Virus record (IMG/VR): IMGVR_UViG_3300004776_000002
Location: 1-57,849 of that record
DNA length: 57,849 nucleotides
Origin: a virus
Lineage: Duplodnaviria > Caudoviricetes
Strand: one strand, 5' to 3'
Shown here: in pieces, positions 57,172-57,849 of the stretch
Layout: each line of letters begins with the position of its first letter
How positions within the stretch are numbered: the stretch's first letter is position 1
The notes under the pieces: generated by a model
What the model was told of the DNA's origin: nothing
The model's database searches: none
Seen by the model: the letters and a program-made list of their open reading frames with translations, nothing else
Made by a program: the position numbers and the translations under genes

Positions 57172-57579
57172 ATGCCTTGTAAAAAGTGTGGAAGTGTCAA
57201 GGACATCTCGAAAGTAGTAGAGAAGTTTCATATACCGTTCAAATGTAGTGTGTGCGGTTCGATAGATTTTCCCTATATAGCTCTTCACGGCATTGTATTC
57301 GTTTGGCGTGAACCGCAACCTGAGAAGGTTGGTTCTATTTGGATGCCGCAGACATTAAATCAACCATTCACTTCGTATATGGGGGTCGTTCTCTCTTCTG
57401 GTAAAGGAGTAATCGAAAAGAAGACTGGTAAGTTTATACCGTCGGAACTCGAGACCGGAGATACAGTATGGAGAGATAGAGACACACCGTGGTCTATGAT
57501 GATTTCGGCACCCGATGGTAAGAAGTACGAAGTTCCGTATATGAATCTTCTGGACGTGTGGACCATATATACAGAATAA
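57172..57579 (+). CDS. groES: GroES-like co-chaperonin with N-terminal zinc ribbon
   Basis: L.G.V.V...GSI.MP...G.V.S.G.G......P..L..GD.V pattern, preceded by CKKC...CSVC. Confidence 0.6.
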   Translation: MPCKKCGSVKDISKVVEKFHIPFKCSVCGSIDFPYIALHGIVFVWREPQPEKVGSIWMPQTLNQPFTSYMGVVLSSGKGVIEKKTGKFIPSELETGDTVWRDRDTPWSMMISAPDGKKYEVPYMNLLDVWTIYTE

Positions 57580-57606
57580 GAAGTTAAAGGCTAAAGGAGG
57601 AGTGAA

Positions 57607-57849
57607 ATGAAAGTAATAGAGGGATTAAAGAAAATCAAAGATTTACAGAGGAAAGCGTCTGACCTGAGAAACAAGGTAGCGCAGTGTTCTGCGTATCTTG
57701 ATTACGAGACTCCGTTGTATGCAGATCAGAAGAAACAGGTGTCTGACTGGTTGCAGGCTCATTCTGACACTATATTACTAAGAAATTATAAACCTAATTG
57801 GTTTATGGAAAAAGACGTAAAGAAACTAAAAAAGAACAAAAACAAAATG
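57607..57849 (+). CDS. Hypothetical protein (3'-truncated)
   Basis: AAAGGAGGAG SD, and the frame is open to the window end. Confidence 0.55.
   Translation, partial: MKVIEGLKKIKDLQRKASDLRNKVAQCSAYLDYETPLYADQKKQVSDWLQAHSDTILLRNYKPNWFMEKDVKKLKKNKNKM

Noticed and set aside
571-57566. All minus-strand ORFs in the track
   Set aside because: They are short, antisense to well-supported + strand genes, and have no recognisable motifs.

Overview
This window is about 58 kb of an AT-rich, large dsDNA bacteriophage genome with essentially all genes on the + strand. 1-16.6 kb: the 3' part of a modular collagen-like (Gly-Tyr/Ile-Ser) tail fibre, small membrane/lysis-type genes and a glycosylation cluster (glycosyltransferases, methyltransferases, and a three-enzyme UDP-6-deoxy-L-HexNAc pathway). 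16.6-17.1 kb: two tandem promoters that appear to drive structured non-coding RNAs, the first an 84-nt CCA-ending tRNA mimic. 17-28 kb: small early/accessory genes, many starting with a conserved GGAGATGTCGAG-ATG element. 28-57.8 kb: replication, recombination and nucleotide metabolism: gp32-like SSB, primase, intein-containing SNF2 helicase, DnaB, intein-containing UDG-PolA fusion, a PurZ/PurZ0-like enzyme, class II RNR, UvsY/UvsX, GuaB3-like IMPDH, DUF5664 protein, ABC-ATPase plus GNAT pair, fused SbcD-SbcC, resolvase and GroES. Highlights are a probable 2-aminoadenine (Z-genome) pathway, three candidate novel ncRNAs (two with tRNA-like ends), an ACP with Glu in place of the carrier Ser, and two genome-wide regulatory motifs. 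All family assignments come from motif recognition by eye and from memory; no searches or folding programs were run.
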